Of a stretch of 64,000 nucleotides of DNA, positions 30,522 through 44,300 are shown piece by piece. The position numbers and the translations under genes are program-made. The stretch covers positions 1,952,001 through 2,016,000 of the forward strand of contig NZ_JAQNDL010000003.1 of assembly GCF_028368995.1 (NCBI RefSeq). Direction: 5' to 3'. This stretch comes from Nannocystis bainbridge. Lineage in GTDB: Bacteria > Myxococcota_A > Polyangia > Nannocystales > Nannocystaceae. The notes under the pieces are model-generated. The model searched no databases and was not told where the DNA came from. It was given only the letters and a program-made list of their open reading frames with translations. How positions within the stretch are numbered: position 1 is the first letter of the stretch; every line of letters starts with the position of its first letter.

Positions 30522-31627
30522 ATGTCCAGCGCCGACGATGAGTTCGGCGAAGAAGCCGAGCCCGCGCCGCCAGTGAACCGCGAGCAATTCTTCGAGTGGC
30601 GTTCGCCCCGGTTCGGCGCCGCCAACCCCGAGCCTTTGAGCAACCCCGTTTGGTCATGGCTGGTGCACGCGCGACTCAAAGCCTGGGAAGCCGACCGTCG
30701 ATTCGCCGCTCAGGAGCCCGAGGGCCCGTGCTGGTGCTTCGACCGCTTCGGCCAGAGCGCCACCGAGCTGCCCGACGGTCGCACGATCTACGTCGCCGGC
30801 GTCCACGAAGATCCGTCCGACCCTGGATTTCACCGCTACAACGACGTGGTCGTCCGCCACCCCGACGATCGCTGCGAGATCTTCGGTTACCCGCGCGACG
30901 CCACTCGGCGACGCTCGTCGAAAGCGAGGGCCGCCGCCGCATCATCCTGATCGGCAACCTCGATCTCCCGCCGCAGCAAACCCTAAACTGCACCCCGGTG
31001 TATGGCCTCGACCTCGCCGATCTCGCAATCACGGAGATCGCGACCACGGGCGCCACGCCGGGGTGGATTTACGGTCACAGCGCCGTGCTCGCCGATGAGG
31101 GTCGCACCATCGTCGTATCGCGCGGCAAACGCCTCGACGAACACCACGCGTCCCACGAGAACATCGACGACTGGCGGCTCGATCTCTCCACCTGGCGATG
31201 GCAGCGACTGACCGAGCGGCGATGGCCGCGGCGGGAGCTGCGGCGCGCCGACGGTCAGCGCAATTGCCTGAGTGACCTGCAGGAGGCCCAGTGGATGCGC
31301 GGGACCAGCCTGGTCCCGGAGCTCGGCGCGCTGCTCGAGAAGCTGGAGCGGGACCTCGGCGTCGTCCCCGACCTCGACCTCGTCGCGCGGCTGTTTCGCC
31401 CCTCGGTGGCTCACGAGGCGCTGCCGGAGGCAGACGGCCCGTTCAACGTCGTGCGCATCGTCGTCGCCAGCGTGGTCGTGCGCTTCGTCCATGAATCGTA
31501 CGCGCTGCAGATGACCGTGGAGGGCGACCTGCCGCTGGCCACAGTCGACGCGATCGCCGAGGAGCTGCGCGCCCGGCTCTCGACGCTGCAGCACACGGAC
31601 TGGACCCTGACCCCGATCGGCGCCTGA
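30522..31627 (+). pseudogene. frameshifted conserved hypothetical gene (kelch-like beta repeats)
   Basis: Frame 1 ...FDRFGQSATELPDGR...GVHED...YNDVVV...FGYPRD switches near 30900 to frame 2 HSATLV...IGNL...PGWIYGHSA. Confidence 0.7.
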
Positions 31628-31664
31628 ACCCGCGGCGAGGGCGCAGTCGCCTGCACTTCGGAGC

Positions 31665-31694
31665 ATGCCCCTTCGGACATGCCCCGAAGTACAT
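31665..31694. repeat. two-unit array of the TGYC-N6-GRCA palindrome
   Basis: atgcc ccttcg gac atgcc ccgaag tacat. Confidence 0.7.
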
Positions 31695-31705
31695 TACAAA
31701 AAATC

Positions 31706-33124
31706 TCAGAATTGCGAAGCCCGCGGCCACGCCGGCAGCGGCACTGCTTCGCTCAGCGCCACCAGCGACTGCAGCGGCACCCACGTGAAGTCCGGGCGGT
31801 AGTCGAGCTCGTAGGCCAGCTCGTGGAAGCTGCGCTCGATCACACACGCGCGCAGCAGCGGCGACTCGCGGGCCGCGGGCAGCGGCGAGCCGGGCGTCGC
31901 CGCCGCGTCGTAGCCGGCCAAAAACGCCGCTGAAGTCGCCGCTTCCCAGGCCGGGCCGCCCTTGCCGACCATGCCGGCGTAGGCGAACGAGCGCAGCATA
32001 CCGGCGACGTCGCGCAGCGGCAGCTGGCGCAGGCTGCGTTCGGCCAGCGGGCGGGTCGGCTCGCCCTCGAAATCGAGGATCGACCACGCCCCGGACTCCG
32101 GATCGTAGAGCGTCTGGCCCAGGTGGTAATCGCCGTGGATCCGGATCTGCACCCCGGCCGCCGTGCGCAGGCGCTCCTCCGCGTCGGCCAGCAGCGCCTC
32201 GCTGCGGGTCGCCACCACCTCCGCCAGCGCGCGCAGCTCCGGCTGCAGCCCGCGGTAGCGCTGGCCCAGGCGTCCGAGCGCCGCCGCGGCGGTCTGGCGC
32301 AGGCCCACCACCCAGCGGGCCCGGTCGGCCTGCACGATCGCCCGCGTCGCCATCCCGCTCGCCTCGTCGTCGGTCGTCAGCGCCTCGTGCATCGCCCGCG
32401 TCGCCGCCCCGAGCGCTCGCGCCGGGCCGGTCATGTCGGCGCAGGCGAGCGCGTGGGCCCAGCCGTCGACGCGCCCGGGCAAAAACCCGTGCAGCACCCC
32501 GGCTGCGGCTGCGCCCTCGCCTGTGTCGACCGTCAGCTCGGCCAGCAGCGGCGGCGCGTGCGGGAAGCCGCGCGCGGTGAGGAAGCGGCCGAGCTCGAGC
32601 TCCGGGTGGCGGCCGACCTCGATGCGGCGGAACAGCTTGAACACCCCGGCTTCGCCGAGCACCGCCGCGGTGTTGCTCTGCTCGCCGCCGATCAGCCGCA
32701 CGCTCGTCGGCGCCGCCGCGTCCTTCAGGCCCGCCGACGCGCGCGCGGTCCAGCGCGCACTCTGACCTGCGAAGCTCGCGCCGTCGCGCAGGCCGGCCGC
32801 GAGGGCCAGCAGCGCCTCGGGCGCGTCGCTGGCCTCCACCAATTCGACCCCGCCGCCGAGCTCGATGCTGCGCTTCGGGACATGTCCTTCAGGACCTGTC
32901 CCTTCCGACATCTGCGCGCGCAGCAGCACCTGCGTGGTCCACGGCCGCTCGGCCTCGGCGGCCAGCAGGCACAGCGCCGCGTCTTCGCCGAGCTTGGCTG
33001 CGCCGACCAGCTTGACCGCGCGGGCGCCGGCGGGGAACCACCGGCGGCCGGCGAGGAAGCCCAGCCATGTCTCGGAGGACAGCCCGGCCAGGGCCGCCAG
33101 GTCGAGCGCCGGGCTGGCCGTCAC
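31706..33124 (-). CDS. mak: maltokinase (Mak/Pep2)
   Basis: [44 protein letters not shown]; GTG overlaps the treS stop. Confidence 0.88.
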   Translation of the reverse strand: MTASPALDLAALAGLSSETWLGFLAGRRWFPAGARAVKLVGAAKLGEDAALCLLAAEAERPWTTQVLLRAQMSEGTGPEGHVPKRSIELGGGVELVEASDAPEALLALAAGLRDGASFAGQSARWTARASAGLKDAAAPTSVRLIGGEQSNTAAVLGEAGVFKLFRRIEVGRHPELELGRFLTARGFPHAPPLLAELTVDTGEGAAAAGVLHGFLPGRVDGWAHALACADMTGPARALGAATRAMHEALTTDDEASGMATRAIVQADRARWVVGLRQTAAAALGRLGQRYRGLQPELRALAEVVATRSEALLADAEERLRTAAGVQIRIHGDYHLGQTLYDPESGAWSILDFEGEPTRPLAERSLRQLPLRDVAGMLRSFAYAGMVGKGGPAWEAATSAAFLAGYDAAATPGSPLPAARESPLLRACVIERSFHELAYELDYRPDFTWVPLQSLVALSEAVPLPAWPRASQF

Positions 33125-34788
33125 GGGCCCTCCGGGGCCCGCTCGGGCGCTTGCAGCGAGAACCAGAAGAACGCGTGCGGCGACATCGTCAGCAGGTACG
33201 GCAGCTGGCCGATGCGGGGGAACGGCCGGTCGCTCCACAGCTCGACCGGGGTCCAGCCGTCGAGCGCCTGCAGGTCGAGCTCGGCGAACTGGGCGAAGCG
33301 CGACAGGTTGTGCACGCACAGCAGCAGCTCGTCGCCCATGCGGCGGAAGAACGCCAGGACCGCGCGGTTCTCCGGGTAGAGCGCCTCGAAGCTGCCGCCG
33401 CCGAACGCCTGGAAGCGCCGGCGCACGCGGACCAGCCGGCGCATCCAGCGGAGCAGCGACGTCCCGGTCCGCTCCTGCGCGTCGACGTTGATGTCCGAGA
33501 AGCTGTACGGCGGGTCGACCAACACCGGCGCGAACAGGGCCGCGCTGTCGGCCCGCGAGAACCCGGCGTTGCGGTCGGCGCTCCACTGCATCGGCGTGCG
33601 CACCCCGTTGCGGTCGCCGAGGAAGATGTTGTCGCCCATCCCGAGCTCGTCGCCGTAGTAGATGATCGGCGTGCCCGGCATCGCCATCAGCAGCGCGCTC
33701 ATCAGCTCGATCTGCCGCCGGCCGTTGTCCATCAGCGGCGCCAGCCGGCGGCGGATGCCGATGTTGATGCGCATCCGCGGGTCGCGGGCGTACTCGCGGT
33801 ACATGTAGTCGCGCTCCTCGTCGGTCACCATCTCGAGCGTCAGCTCGTCGTGGTTGCGGAGGAACATCGCCCACTGCGAGTTCTCGGGGATCGGGGGCGT
33901 GCGCGCCAGGATCTCGACGATCGGCGTGCGGTCCTCGCGGCGCAGCGCCATGTACATGCGCGGCATCAGCGGGAAGTGGAACGCCATGTGGCACTCCGGC
34001 TCGACGTCGGTGCCGAAGTACGGCAGCACGTCCTCGGGCCATTGATTGGCCTCGGCGAGGAACACCCGCCCGGGGAACTCGGCGTCGAGCGCGGCCCGCA
34101 TCTCTCGCAGCACCGCGTGGGTCTCCGGCAGGTTCTCGCAGCTGGTGCCCTCGCGCTCGCACAGGTACGGCACCGCGTCGAGGCGCAGGCCGTCGACCCC
34201 GAGCGCGAGCCAGAAGCGCATGACGTCGGTCAGCAGCTTGCGCACCGTCGGGTTGTCGAAGTTGAGGTCGGGCTGGTGGCTGAAGAAGCGGTGCCAGTAG
34301 AACTGGCCGGCCAGCGGGTCCCAGGCCCAGTTCGAGTTCTCGGTGTCGGTGAAGATGATGCGCGCCCCGGCGTAGCGGGTCGGGTCGTCGCTCCACACAT
34401 AGAGGTCGCGCTCGGGCGAGTCCTTGGGCGCCCGCCGAGCCCGCTGGAACCACGGGTGCTGGTCGGACGTGTGGTTGATGACGAGCTCGGTGATGACCTT
34501 GAGCCCGCGCAGGTGCGCCTCGGCGAGGAAGCGCTTGAAGTCCTCCATCGTCCCGTAGCGCGGGTTGATCGACTCGTAGTCGGCGATGTCGTAGCCGTCG
34601 TCCTTGAGCGGCGACGGGTAGAACGGCAGCAGCCACAGGCACGTCACCCCGAGCTCGGCCAAATAGTCGAGCTTGGCGGTCAGCCCCGGGAAGTCACCGT
34701 ATCCGTCGCCGTCGCTGTCGTGGAACGACTTGACGTGGAGCTGGTAGATGATCGCGTGCTTATACCAGAGCGGTTCGTTTTCGCTCAT
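33121..34788 (-). CDS. treS: trehalose synthase / maltose alpha-D-glucosyltransferase
   Basis: [53 protein letters not shown]. Confidence 0.95.
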   Translation of the reverse strand: MSENEPLWYKHAIIYQLHVKSFHDSDGDGYGDFPGLTAKLDYLAELGVTCLWLLPFYPSPLKDDGYDIADYESINPRYGTMEDFKRFLAEAHLRGLKVITELVINHTSDQHPWFQRARRAPKDSPERDLYVWSDDPTRYAGARIIFTDTENSNWAWDPLAGQFYWHRFFSHQPDLNFDNPTVRKLLTDVMRFWLALGVDGLRLDAVPYLCEREGTSCENLPETHAVLREMRAALDAEFPGRVFLAEANQWPEDVLPYFGTDVEPECHMAFHFPLMPRMYMALRREDRTPIVEILARTPPIPENSQWAMFLRNHDELTLEMVTDEERDYMYREYARDPRMRINIGIRRRLAPLMDNGRRQIELMSALLMAMPGTPIIYYGDELGMGDNIFLGDRNGVRTPMQWSADRNAGFSRADSAALFAPVLVDPPYSFSDINVDAQERTGTSLLRWMRRLVRVRRRFQAFGGGSFEALYPENRAVLAFFRRMGDELLLCVHNLSRFAQFAELDLQALDGWTPVELWSDRPFPRIGQLPYLLTMSPHAFFWFSLQAPERAPEGP

Positions 34789-36779
34789 GTGACCTCCACG
34801 TCGATGTAATTGCGCACCAGTCGGAACAGGTGCCCGGGTTGTGTCACGGGATCGAGGCGAACGTAGTTCCGGCTGCCTCTCCACTCGTAGCGCGCGCCGC
34901 TGACCAGGTCCTCGACGAGGTAGGGCTCGTCGGCGGCGATCCCGAGGGCCTCGAGGGGCACCTCGACCCACCCGTCCTGCTCCTGCGACCAGTCACAGTT
35001 GATCGTGACCAGCACGTCGCCGACTGGCCCCGGCGCGCGCTTGAGGTAGAAGAGGATGTTGGGGTTGTCGCAGGGGTAGAAGGTCAGGTTGTCGTAGCGC
35101 TGCAGCGCCGGGTGCTCGCGCCGCACACGGTTGAGCTGGGTGATCTCGGCGGCCAGGCTGCCGGCGACCGTGTAGTCGCGGTGGCGCAGCTCGTACTTCT
35201 CCGAGTCGAGGTACTCCTCCGAGCCGGCGCGCAGCGGCGTGTTCTCGCCGAGCTCGTAGCCGCTGTAGATGCCGTAGGTCGGCGCCAGCGTGGTCGCCAG
35301 CAGCAGGCGGATCCGGAACGCCGGCAGCCCGCCCCTCTGCAGGTGCTCGGGCAGGATGTCCGGCGTGTTGATGAAGAAGTTGCCGCGGTAGTACTCCTTC
35401 ATCGGCCCCTGCGTCAGCTCGGTGAAGTACTCCTTGAGCTCCTCGGCCGTCGTGCGCCACGTGAAGTACGTGTACGACTGCGTGAACCCGGCCTTGGCCA
35501 GCCAGCGCATGCGCTTGGGCCGGGTGAACGCCTCGGCCAGGAACAGCACGTCGGGGTGCTGCTGCTGGACCTCGGCGATCAGCCACTCCCAGAACGCCAG
35601 CGCCTTGGTGTGCGGGTTGTCGACGCGGAAGATCGTCACCCCGTGCGCGACCCAGAACAGGACGATGTCCTTGCACGCCTGCCACAGCGCCTCGCGGTCC
35701 TCGCACCAGAAATCCAGCGGGTAGATGTCCTGGTACTTCTTCGGCGGGTTCTCGGCGTACTTGATGGTGCCGTCGGGGCGGACGAAGAACCACTCGGGGT
35801 GCTCCTTCAGCCACGGGTGGTCGGGCGAGCACTGCAGCGCGTAGTCGAGGGCGATCTCGAGGCCGAGGCTCTTCGCCGTGCGGGCGAAGCGGTCCCACTC
35901 GGCCAGCGTGCCGAGCTCCGGCGCGACCGCGGTGTGACCCCCGGCCTCGCCGCCGATCGCCCACGGGCTGCCGACGTCGCCGGCCTCCGCGGTGAGGCTG
36001 TTGTTCTTGCCCTTGCGCGAGGCCAGGCCGATCGGGTGGATCGGCGGCAGGTAGACCACGTCGAAGCCCATCGCGGCGACGCGGTAGAGCGCCCGCTCGG
36101 CGTCGGCGAAGCGGCCGTGCACGCCCGGCTCGCCGCACGAGCGCGGGAAGAACTCGTACCAGCCGCCGAAGCGGGCCCGCGCGCGGTCGACCCGGACCGG
36201 GAACACCCGCGGGAACTCGGTGCGGTCGTCGGGTGCGAGGTGCAGCGCCATCAGCGCGCGCAGCTCCGCGTTCTGCGCCGTGACCGCTCGCTCGGCTGGC
36301 CCGCGCTCGGGGTCGCGTAATTCGTCGGCGAGCCGCATGAGCAAGCTCCGGTCGGCCTGGCCCGCGGCGCGCGCGGCGGCGTCCACCATCACCGCACCCT
36401 CGAGCAGCTCGGAGTGGATCGCCTGCCCGGCGGCGAACTTCTTCTCGAGCTCGACGCGCCAGGTCGTGAAGCGATCGGTCCACGCCTCGACGGCGAACGC
36501 CCACGCGCCGGTGCGGTCGAGCGCGATGCGAGCGAACCACCGGTCGCTGTCGTAATCGTAACGGAGCGGCGTGTGGTGCCACGCGCCATCAGGGCCGCAC
36601 CAGCGCACCTGCGCGGCCAGACGGTCGTGGCCGTCCTTGAAGATGTCGGCCTCGACCACCAGCGTGTCGCCGACGACGCGCTTGATCGCGTGACGACCGT
36701 CGTCGAGCGCCGGCGACACGGCCTCGATGATGATCCGTTCAGGGGTTCGGGATGGGGAGCGGACGGCGTTCGATGGCAC
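34785..36779 (-). CDS. glgE: alpha-1,4-glucan:maltose-1-phosphate maltosyltransferase
   Basis: [53 protein letters not shown]; start approximate. Confidence 0.95.
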   Translation of the reverse strand: MPSNAVRSPSRTPERIIIEAVSPALDDGRHAIKRVVGDTLVVEADIFKDGHDRLAAQVRWCGPDGAWHHTPLRYDYDSDRWFARIALDRTGAWAFAVEAWTDRFTTWRVELEKKFAAGQAIHSELLEGAVMVDAAARAAGQADRSLLMRLADELRDPERGPAERAVTAQNAELRALMALHLAPDDRTEFPRVFPVRVDRARARFGGWYEFFPRSCGEPGVHGRFADAERALYRVAAMGFDVVYLPPIHPIGLASRKGKNNSLTAEAGDVGSPWAIGGEAGGHTAVAPELGTLAEWDRFARTAKSLGLEIALDYALQCSPDHPWLKEHPEWFFVRPDGTIKYAENPPKKYQDIYPLDFWCEDREALWQACKDIVLFWVAHGVTIFRVDNPHTKALAFWEWLIAEVQQQHPDVLFLAEAFTRPKRMRWLAKAGFTQSYTYFTWRTTAEELKEYFTELTQGPMKEYYRGNFFINTPDILPEHLQRGGLPAFRIRLLLATTLAPTYGIYSGYELGENTPLRAGSEEYLDSEKYELRHRDYTVAGSLAAEITQLNRVRREHPALQRYDNLTFYPCDNPNILFYLKRAPGPVGDVLVTINCDWSQEQDGWVEVPLEALGIAADEPYLVEDLVSGARYEWRGSRNYVRLDPVTQPGHLFRLVRNYIDVEVT

Positions 36780-36834
36780 GGCGGAGGTCGGGAGGCGAGT
36801 TGCCCGCGGGGGATGTAAGCGCAAACTCGGGACC

Positions 36835-38994
<2,160 letters not shown>

Positions 38995-39006
38995 GCCGCG
39001 CCGCGG

Positions 39007-39079
39007 CTGTCCGAAAGGACAGATTTTTCGCCGCCGAGGCATGAGATGGCCCCCGCGACATGTCTCCGGGGACATGTCC
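39007..39079. repeat. cluster of three TGYC-N6-GACA palindromes after otsAB
   Basis: ctgtc cgaaag gacag; atggc ccccgc gac atgtc tccggg gacatgtcc. Confidence 0.75.
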
Positions 39080-40101
39080 TCCCGCGCCGGCCCGCCGCTC
39101 CCGCCGCCCACCTCGGGGGCGCCGCGGGGGCCGACCCGCGGCCGGGAGGGCCGACGAGGCGCGAGGAGATCGCCCGCGACCCGACGTGCGCTGGATCGCC
39201 AGCCCGCCGCCGCTTCTTCTTAATGGAGAAAGACGGACAGGAGAAATGCCCGCCGGGCAGGCGACGATTCGCCGGTCGACGCCCAACCCTCCGCGGGTCA
39301 TCCGAAGGTTCGACAATCGCCGCCCGGCGACGATTCCCCCGCCCGGCCCGCCCGGGCGCGTGCGGACCGTCCCCGCGGCCCGACGCGCCGGCTGGCCACG
39401 ATTCGCGGTCACCCCGTCCGAACCCGCCGGCGACCCTCGCCGCCCCGGCGGGCGAAGATTCGCCGTACGCCGCCCCGTACGGCCCGCCCGAGCGCGCCCG
39501 AGCCTCGGCGAAGATCACCCGCCCGGGCCGGCGACGGCTCGCTGCGCACGCCACCCGTCCGCGCCGCTCCGGCGCCGGCCCTCCCGAGAATCACCGCCGC
39601 GCACGCCGCCCGCTCCGAACATCGAACCTGCCCGGAATCACCGCCCCGGGCCGGCGACGATTGGCCACCACGCCGCCCCCTTCCGCCCGCCCGACGCATC
39701 CCGGGCCGCCCCGAAAATCACCCACCGACGCCTGCCACGAATCGCCGTCCGAACCACGTGACGACCGGCCGGCCAGCGCTCGCGCGGGCGTCACCCCTCT
39801 CTTGCGGCCGGAATGCGAATTTGCCGGCGACCCGGCCTCCTGCGAGCAATTGCCAGCGAGACGCTGTGCGCAGTCGACCCCGTTCGCGGACCCGGCGCCG
39901 GCCGGGCGAGCCTCGACTTCGACAAACCGCGGCGCGCCCTCGCTGATTTCCTGACGGACGTGCAATCGATAGAGCGGGCTCGGCCGACCTGCCGCGCTCG
40001 TCGCTGCGCGCCGACCTTGATGCAATGCAATGCGAGCGCAAGCCGCTCCGCGTCGGCGACGCTCGCGCTCGCTGGGCGGTTGCGCTAAAACCCGCTCGCT
40101 C

Positions 40102-42546
40102 GTGAACTCGCGCGACCTCCCCGCGCCTGCGCGCCCGCGGCTGTTGCAGCCGCCGCCTCCGCCGCCGCGGATCCCCTGGCTATGGGTGATCGTGTTTGCG
40201 ATCGGCCTCGGCGTCGGCGCGCGCTGGTACGTCGACCGCGGCCAGGCTGCCAGCCTCGACGCCGCCCAGGTCCTCATCGCCCGCGGCGGCCTCACCGACT
40301 TGCACGCCGCCGTCGACAACTTTTTGAACATGTCCTCTCGGACACCTTGCATCCGCACCGCCGAGGCGCTGGTGCGGGCCCAGGCCGCCGCCGAGTACGA
40401 CGACGACCGCGAGGGCGCGCGCGCGGCGATCGGCCGCGCCGAGCCCGAGCGGGCCCTGTGCAGCGACCTCGCCATCGCCGACGGTTTGCTCGCCCTCGCC
40501 GACGGCGACCTCGACGCCGCCGGGGCCGCCGTCACTGCCCCGACCACCTCGCTGTCGCGCCCCGGGCGGGCCTGGCTGCAGGGCACCCTCGCGCTCGCCG
40601 GTCGCGGCGAGCAGGCCGCCGCCATCGCCGAGATCGAGGCCACGATCGCCGCCCAGCCGGCCGCGATCGCCCCGCGGCGGGCCCTCGTGTGGCTGTACTT
40701 CGAGGCAGGTGAATTCGGCGGCGCGCTGCAGACCCTGGCCCGCGCGCGCACGGCCGGCCTCGCCCACCTCGGCCTCGCCGCCGACGAGGCGCTGCTGCAC
40801 GCGCTGCTCCGGCGCGAGCTCAGCGGCGTCGCCGACCTCGCCGATCAGCTGCTCGCGCTCGATCCCGCCGCGCTCGGCCCCCGCGACCTCGCCCACGCCG
40901 CGCTCGCGCGGGCGCTCGTCCACGTGCACGGCGGCGAGCCTGCGGCCGGCCTCGGGCGCGCCGCCGCGGCCTGGCCCTCGCTGGCCCCGTGGGACGCCCA
41001 CGCCCGCCGGCTCGCGCTCGAGCTGTCCCTCGAGGCAGGTGATGCCGAGCGCGCGCGCGAGCTGCTGGCCCAGCTCGGCGTGCCCGAGCCCGAGGCCTCG
41101 ATCGTGCGCGCCTGGTCGCTGCTGGCCGAGGGCGACGTCATGGCCAGCCTCGTCGCCCTGTCGGCCTGCCCGCAGGACCACCCGCGCGTCGCCTACCTGC
41201 AGGGCCTCGCGCTCGTCGAGCAGCGCCGGTTCCCCGAGGCCGAGCCCTGGCTCGAGCGGGCCGATCGCATGCTGCCGGGCCGCGTCGAGGTCGAGGTCGC
41301 GCGCGCCCGCGTCACCGTGCACACCGGCGACGTCGCCACCGCCCAGCGCAAGCTCGAGGGCATCGCCGCCGCCGAGCACTACGCCCCGCGCGCCTACACC
41401 GGCCTCGGCGAGGCCTATCTGTCTCTCGGGGCAGATTCGAAGGACCTGCGCGCCGCCCAGCGGGCCCTCACCCGCGCCGTCGAGAAGGAGCCGCGCCCTG
41501 CCGAGGCCATGCTGCTGCTCGGCGAGGTGTGGCAGCGGCGCCGGCTCAAGGTCCCCGAGGCCGAGCGCAACGCCCTCGCCTGGTACGAGCAGGCCGCCGC
41601 CGCCGGCCTCCGCCTGCCGCGCTACCGCGAGGCCCTGGCCCGCTACCTCGGCGACCTCGGCGAGGGCGCGCGCGCCGAGGCGATGCTGCGCGAGCTGTCC
41701 CAAGAGCCAGGCATCGATCCGACCACCCCGCTCGACCTGCTCGCCCTCGCCCTCGCCCGCGCCGACGCCCAGGGCGCCGCCGTCCCCGCCGAGGCCGACG
41801 AATGGCTGGCCGCCGCCGTCAAGCTCGGGGCCGACGCCGACGCCCTGACCCGCGCTCGCGCCCGCCTCAACCTGGCCCGAGGGACAGGTCTCGCCCGGTC
41901 TGCCAGCGACCTCGAGAAGCTGCTGCGCCGCAAGCCTTACGACATCGACGCGCGGATCCTCGCCGCTCGCGTCCTCGTCGCCCAGCGCGACCTCGAGGCC
42001 GCCGAGACCCTCGTCCGCCAGGGCTTCTACGCCGCCGAGCCCGGGCGCGACGAGGTCGCCACCGGCCGCCTCTTCATCGCCTGGGGCGAGATCGCCATCA
42101 AGCAGCGCAAGCGCAAGCAGGCCGCCCTGCACGCCCGCGCCGGCTTCCACCGCATGCTCGGCGAACAGCGGCCCACCATCGAATTGCTGGCCGCCGTCGA
42201 GTTCGCCACCGACATCTTCCTCCGCACCGAGCAGCACAAGATCGCCCTCGGTATGACCCGCCAGCTCACCGAGGCCCTCCCGTTCCACGGCGACGCCTGG
42301 CGCCTGCACGCCCGCGCGCTGTACGACGAGGGCGAGAACCCCAAGTCGGCCACCCGCGCCGTCCTCAAGGCCCTCGAGCTCGACCCCGACAACGTCCGCG
42401 CCCTCGAGCTCCGCGCCCACGTCGCCGCCCGCGCGGGCGACCGCACCACCGCCCGCGAAGCCCTGGCCCGCGCGCTCGAGCTCGAGACCCGCGAGCCCGA
42501 CCGCCAGCGCATGCGCGAGTTCCACCGCCGCCACCTCGGCGAGTGA
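40102..42546 (+). CDS. membrane-anchored tetratricopeptide-repeat protein
   Basis: N-terminal TM WLWVIVFAIGLGVGARW; Ala/Leu-rich helical repeats such as KALELDPDNVRAL; start approximate. Confidence 0.8.
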   Translation: MNSRDLPAPARPRLLQPPPPPPRIPWLWVIVFAIGLGVGARWYVDRGQAASLDAAQVLIARGGLTDLHAAVDNFLNMSSRTPCIRTAEALVRAQAAAEYDDDREGARAAIGRAEPERALCSDLAIADGLLALADGDLDAAGAAVTAPTTSLSRPGRAWLQGTLALAGRGEQAAAIAEIEATIAAQPAAIAPRRALVWLYFEAGEFGGALQTLARARTAGLAHLGLAADEALLHALLRRELSGVADLADQLLALDPAALGPRDLAHAALARALVHVHGGEPAAGLGRAAAAWPSLAPWDAHARRLALELSLEAGDAERARELLAQLGVPEPEASIVRAWSLLAEGDVMASLVALSACPQDHPRVAYLQGLALVEQRRFPEAEPWLERADRMLPGRVEVEVARARVTVHTGDVATAQRKLEGIAAAEHYAPRAYTGLGEAYLSLGADSKDLRAAQRALTRAVEKEPRPAEAMLLLGEVWQRRRLKVPEAERNALAWYEQAAAAGLRLPRYREALARYLGDLGEGARAEAMLRELSQEPGIDPTTPLDLLALALARADAQGAAVPAEADEWLAAAVKLGADADALTRARARLNLARGTGLARSASDLEKLLRRKPYDIDARILAARVLVAQRDLEAAETLVRQGFYAAEPGRDEVATGRLFIAWGEIAIKQRKRKQAALHARAGFHRMLGEQRPTIELLAAVEFATDIFLRTEQHKIALGMTRQLTEALPFHGDAWRLHARALYDEGENPKSATRAVLKALELDPDNVRALELRAHVAARAGDRTTAREALARALELETREPDRQRMREFHRRHLGE

Positions 42547-42637
42547 CGGCAACGAGCCACCCTGGACCGAGGGCAAGATCGACAATGTCTCGCGCGGTGA
42601 GAGCCTTCGGGGTCCACTTGCGAATCGAGTGGTCCCG

Positions 42638-43048
42638 TCACTTACCCAGGCAGGAAGCGTCGAGCCGACGGTTGAAGTTCTGCTCACACCAGAACTCAGC
42701 GTCACGCTCGCAGTCACTCTCGGCGGAATTGTCACCGAATTCATAATGGTCCTGGGAGACGTAGTAGTAGTCGTCCATGCCCCTGCACATGGCGAGGCAG
42801 TACCCATACGCATGGATGTCGGGACGCCGCCCACGACGCCCACCTCCGTCGAAGAGGCAGCTCCCCTCCTGCAACTCGTCCAGGTTTGGACGGACCTCGC
42901 CAACGAGCGTGCTCGGACCAAGCTCCGGGATCGAGCGTTCGTCTGCGGCCGCTTGGCCGCGCATGAACAGCACCCCACCAGCGATGATGGCGAAGGCGCC
43001 GATGATTGCGCCGTGGGACAGTCGAATGCGCCTCTTCAAGCTCTGCAT
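42638..43048 (-). CDS. small secreted Cys-rich protein (paralog of 248..655)
   Basis: GAGG RBS; signal peptide ending AAA; YCLAMCRG...C..AE..C.Q...SCLG. Confidence 0.7.
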   Translation of the reverse strand: MQSLKRRIRLSHGAIIGAFAIIAGGVLFMRGQAAADERSIPELGPSTLVGEVRPNLDELQEGSCLFDGGGRRGRRPDIHAYGYCLAMCRGMDDYYYVSQDHYEFGDNSAESDCERDAEFWCEQNFNRRLDASCLGK

Positions 43049-43881
43049 TTTCCGTTCACCTCTCGCCGAAGGGTTGGTCTTCGGTCGACGGTCCACAGCA
43101 TGGCGCGGGACCTTCGGGCGTCAACCGAACGACCGCAAACCTGGCGACGGGAATCCTACTCTGATTTGGGTAACGCCGCCTGCGTGGCCGTTGCGTCGGC
43201 TTCGCCTCACGCGATGAGACCGCCGAGCTCGGGCGGCGGCACCCAGCCGTATGTCGGCGACGGCCCCCGCCCGGTTGCGGTGGCAGGTCGTTTGTGATGC
43301 ACATCGTGCGGAGATTACACCCTTGCCGTTACTTCGAGTTCAACCGCTCGAACCTCGATTCACCGACGCCGCAATGGCCCGGGCGACCCACCTCGGTTTA
43401 CCGCTGGAGGCACCGGTGGCCGAGTTCGCCCTGCAGGTGGGCCCGCAGGGCCGCAGTCGCAGGGGCTCGGCGCGCAGGCGCCCGGAGCATTGCGGGTCGA
43501 CTTCGTCGGGGGGCCGGGGCCATCGTCGCGGCGATCGTCCGCGTGGAGGTCGAGCAGGCGCAAACGCTATTGCTCGAGCTCACGCTCGCCTCGCGCAACC
43601 TGCGAACCCGGGCCCTCGGCACCGAGCTGTTGTCCGACGCCACCGTCTATTTGCTGGCGACCATGACCGGCGCCGCGGCGCTCGACGCTGTGCTGCGCCC
43701 CCGCCGCATCATTCGCCCGAGGCCCTGATCACGTCGCTGGCCGACATCGTCCACAGGGTACACCGCGGACAAGTATGAATCCTTCATGCCGAGCATGATC
43801 AATCGCTGACCTGCGAAGGTCCAGGTAAGAGATCCGCCACAATACAGGGCGTCGCACAGCCCGGAACATTTGGAGGAGACC

Positions 43882-44173
43882 ATGGAGCGATGCCCTCGGA
43901 CGGCTTCAAGCTTGGCACGGCTCCAACTGCAATGGCTCCTGGGAGCATGCCCATGGGGTTCGTATCGACACCATCGACAATCCGGGATGGAGCGTCAAAA
44001 TCGACCTTCAGGGCACCCCTCTGCTCGCAAGAGACCTTCGCCCCGTGGTCATCGATCGCAGCGACGGCGACTGGGTTCGTTGCGATGTCGCCAATGGAAT
44101 TTTCCAGGGATGGGGAGGCACCACGAACTTGACGGAGATCCTGGATATTTTCTTGCGATGGGCGGACGCCTGA
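43882..44173 (+). pseudogene. Imm53-like immunity protein with +1 frameshift after the start codon
   Basis: GGAGGAG RBS, ATG at 43882, then an open frame from 43886 reading SDALGRLQAWHGSNCNGSWEHAHGVRIDTIDNPGWSVKIDL...LTEILDIFLRWADA stop. Confidence 0.8.
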
Positions 44174-44300
44174 TATCATCCGCGTCGATCGTCCGCAGAG
44201 CAGCGACGCCATCGCCAAGTAGATCACAAACTCAGGCTCGAGAAGCTCGATACGCGCCGACCTGGGATGACCACGGAAGCCACCACAAGGAAGAAGTAAC

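Noticed and set aside
40016-40029. FNR-like TTGAT-N4-TGCAA
   Set aside because: The right half-site has two mismatches and there is no supporting context.
43294-43728. 144-aa ORF with a partly protein-like C-terminal half
   Set aside because: The N-terminal half looks non-coding; probably a decayed fragment that cannot be assigned.
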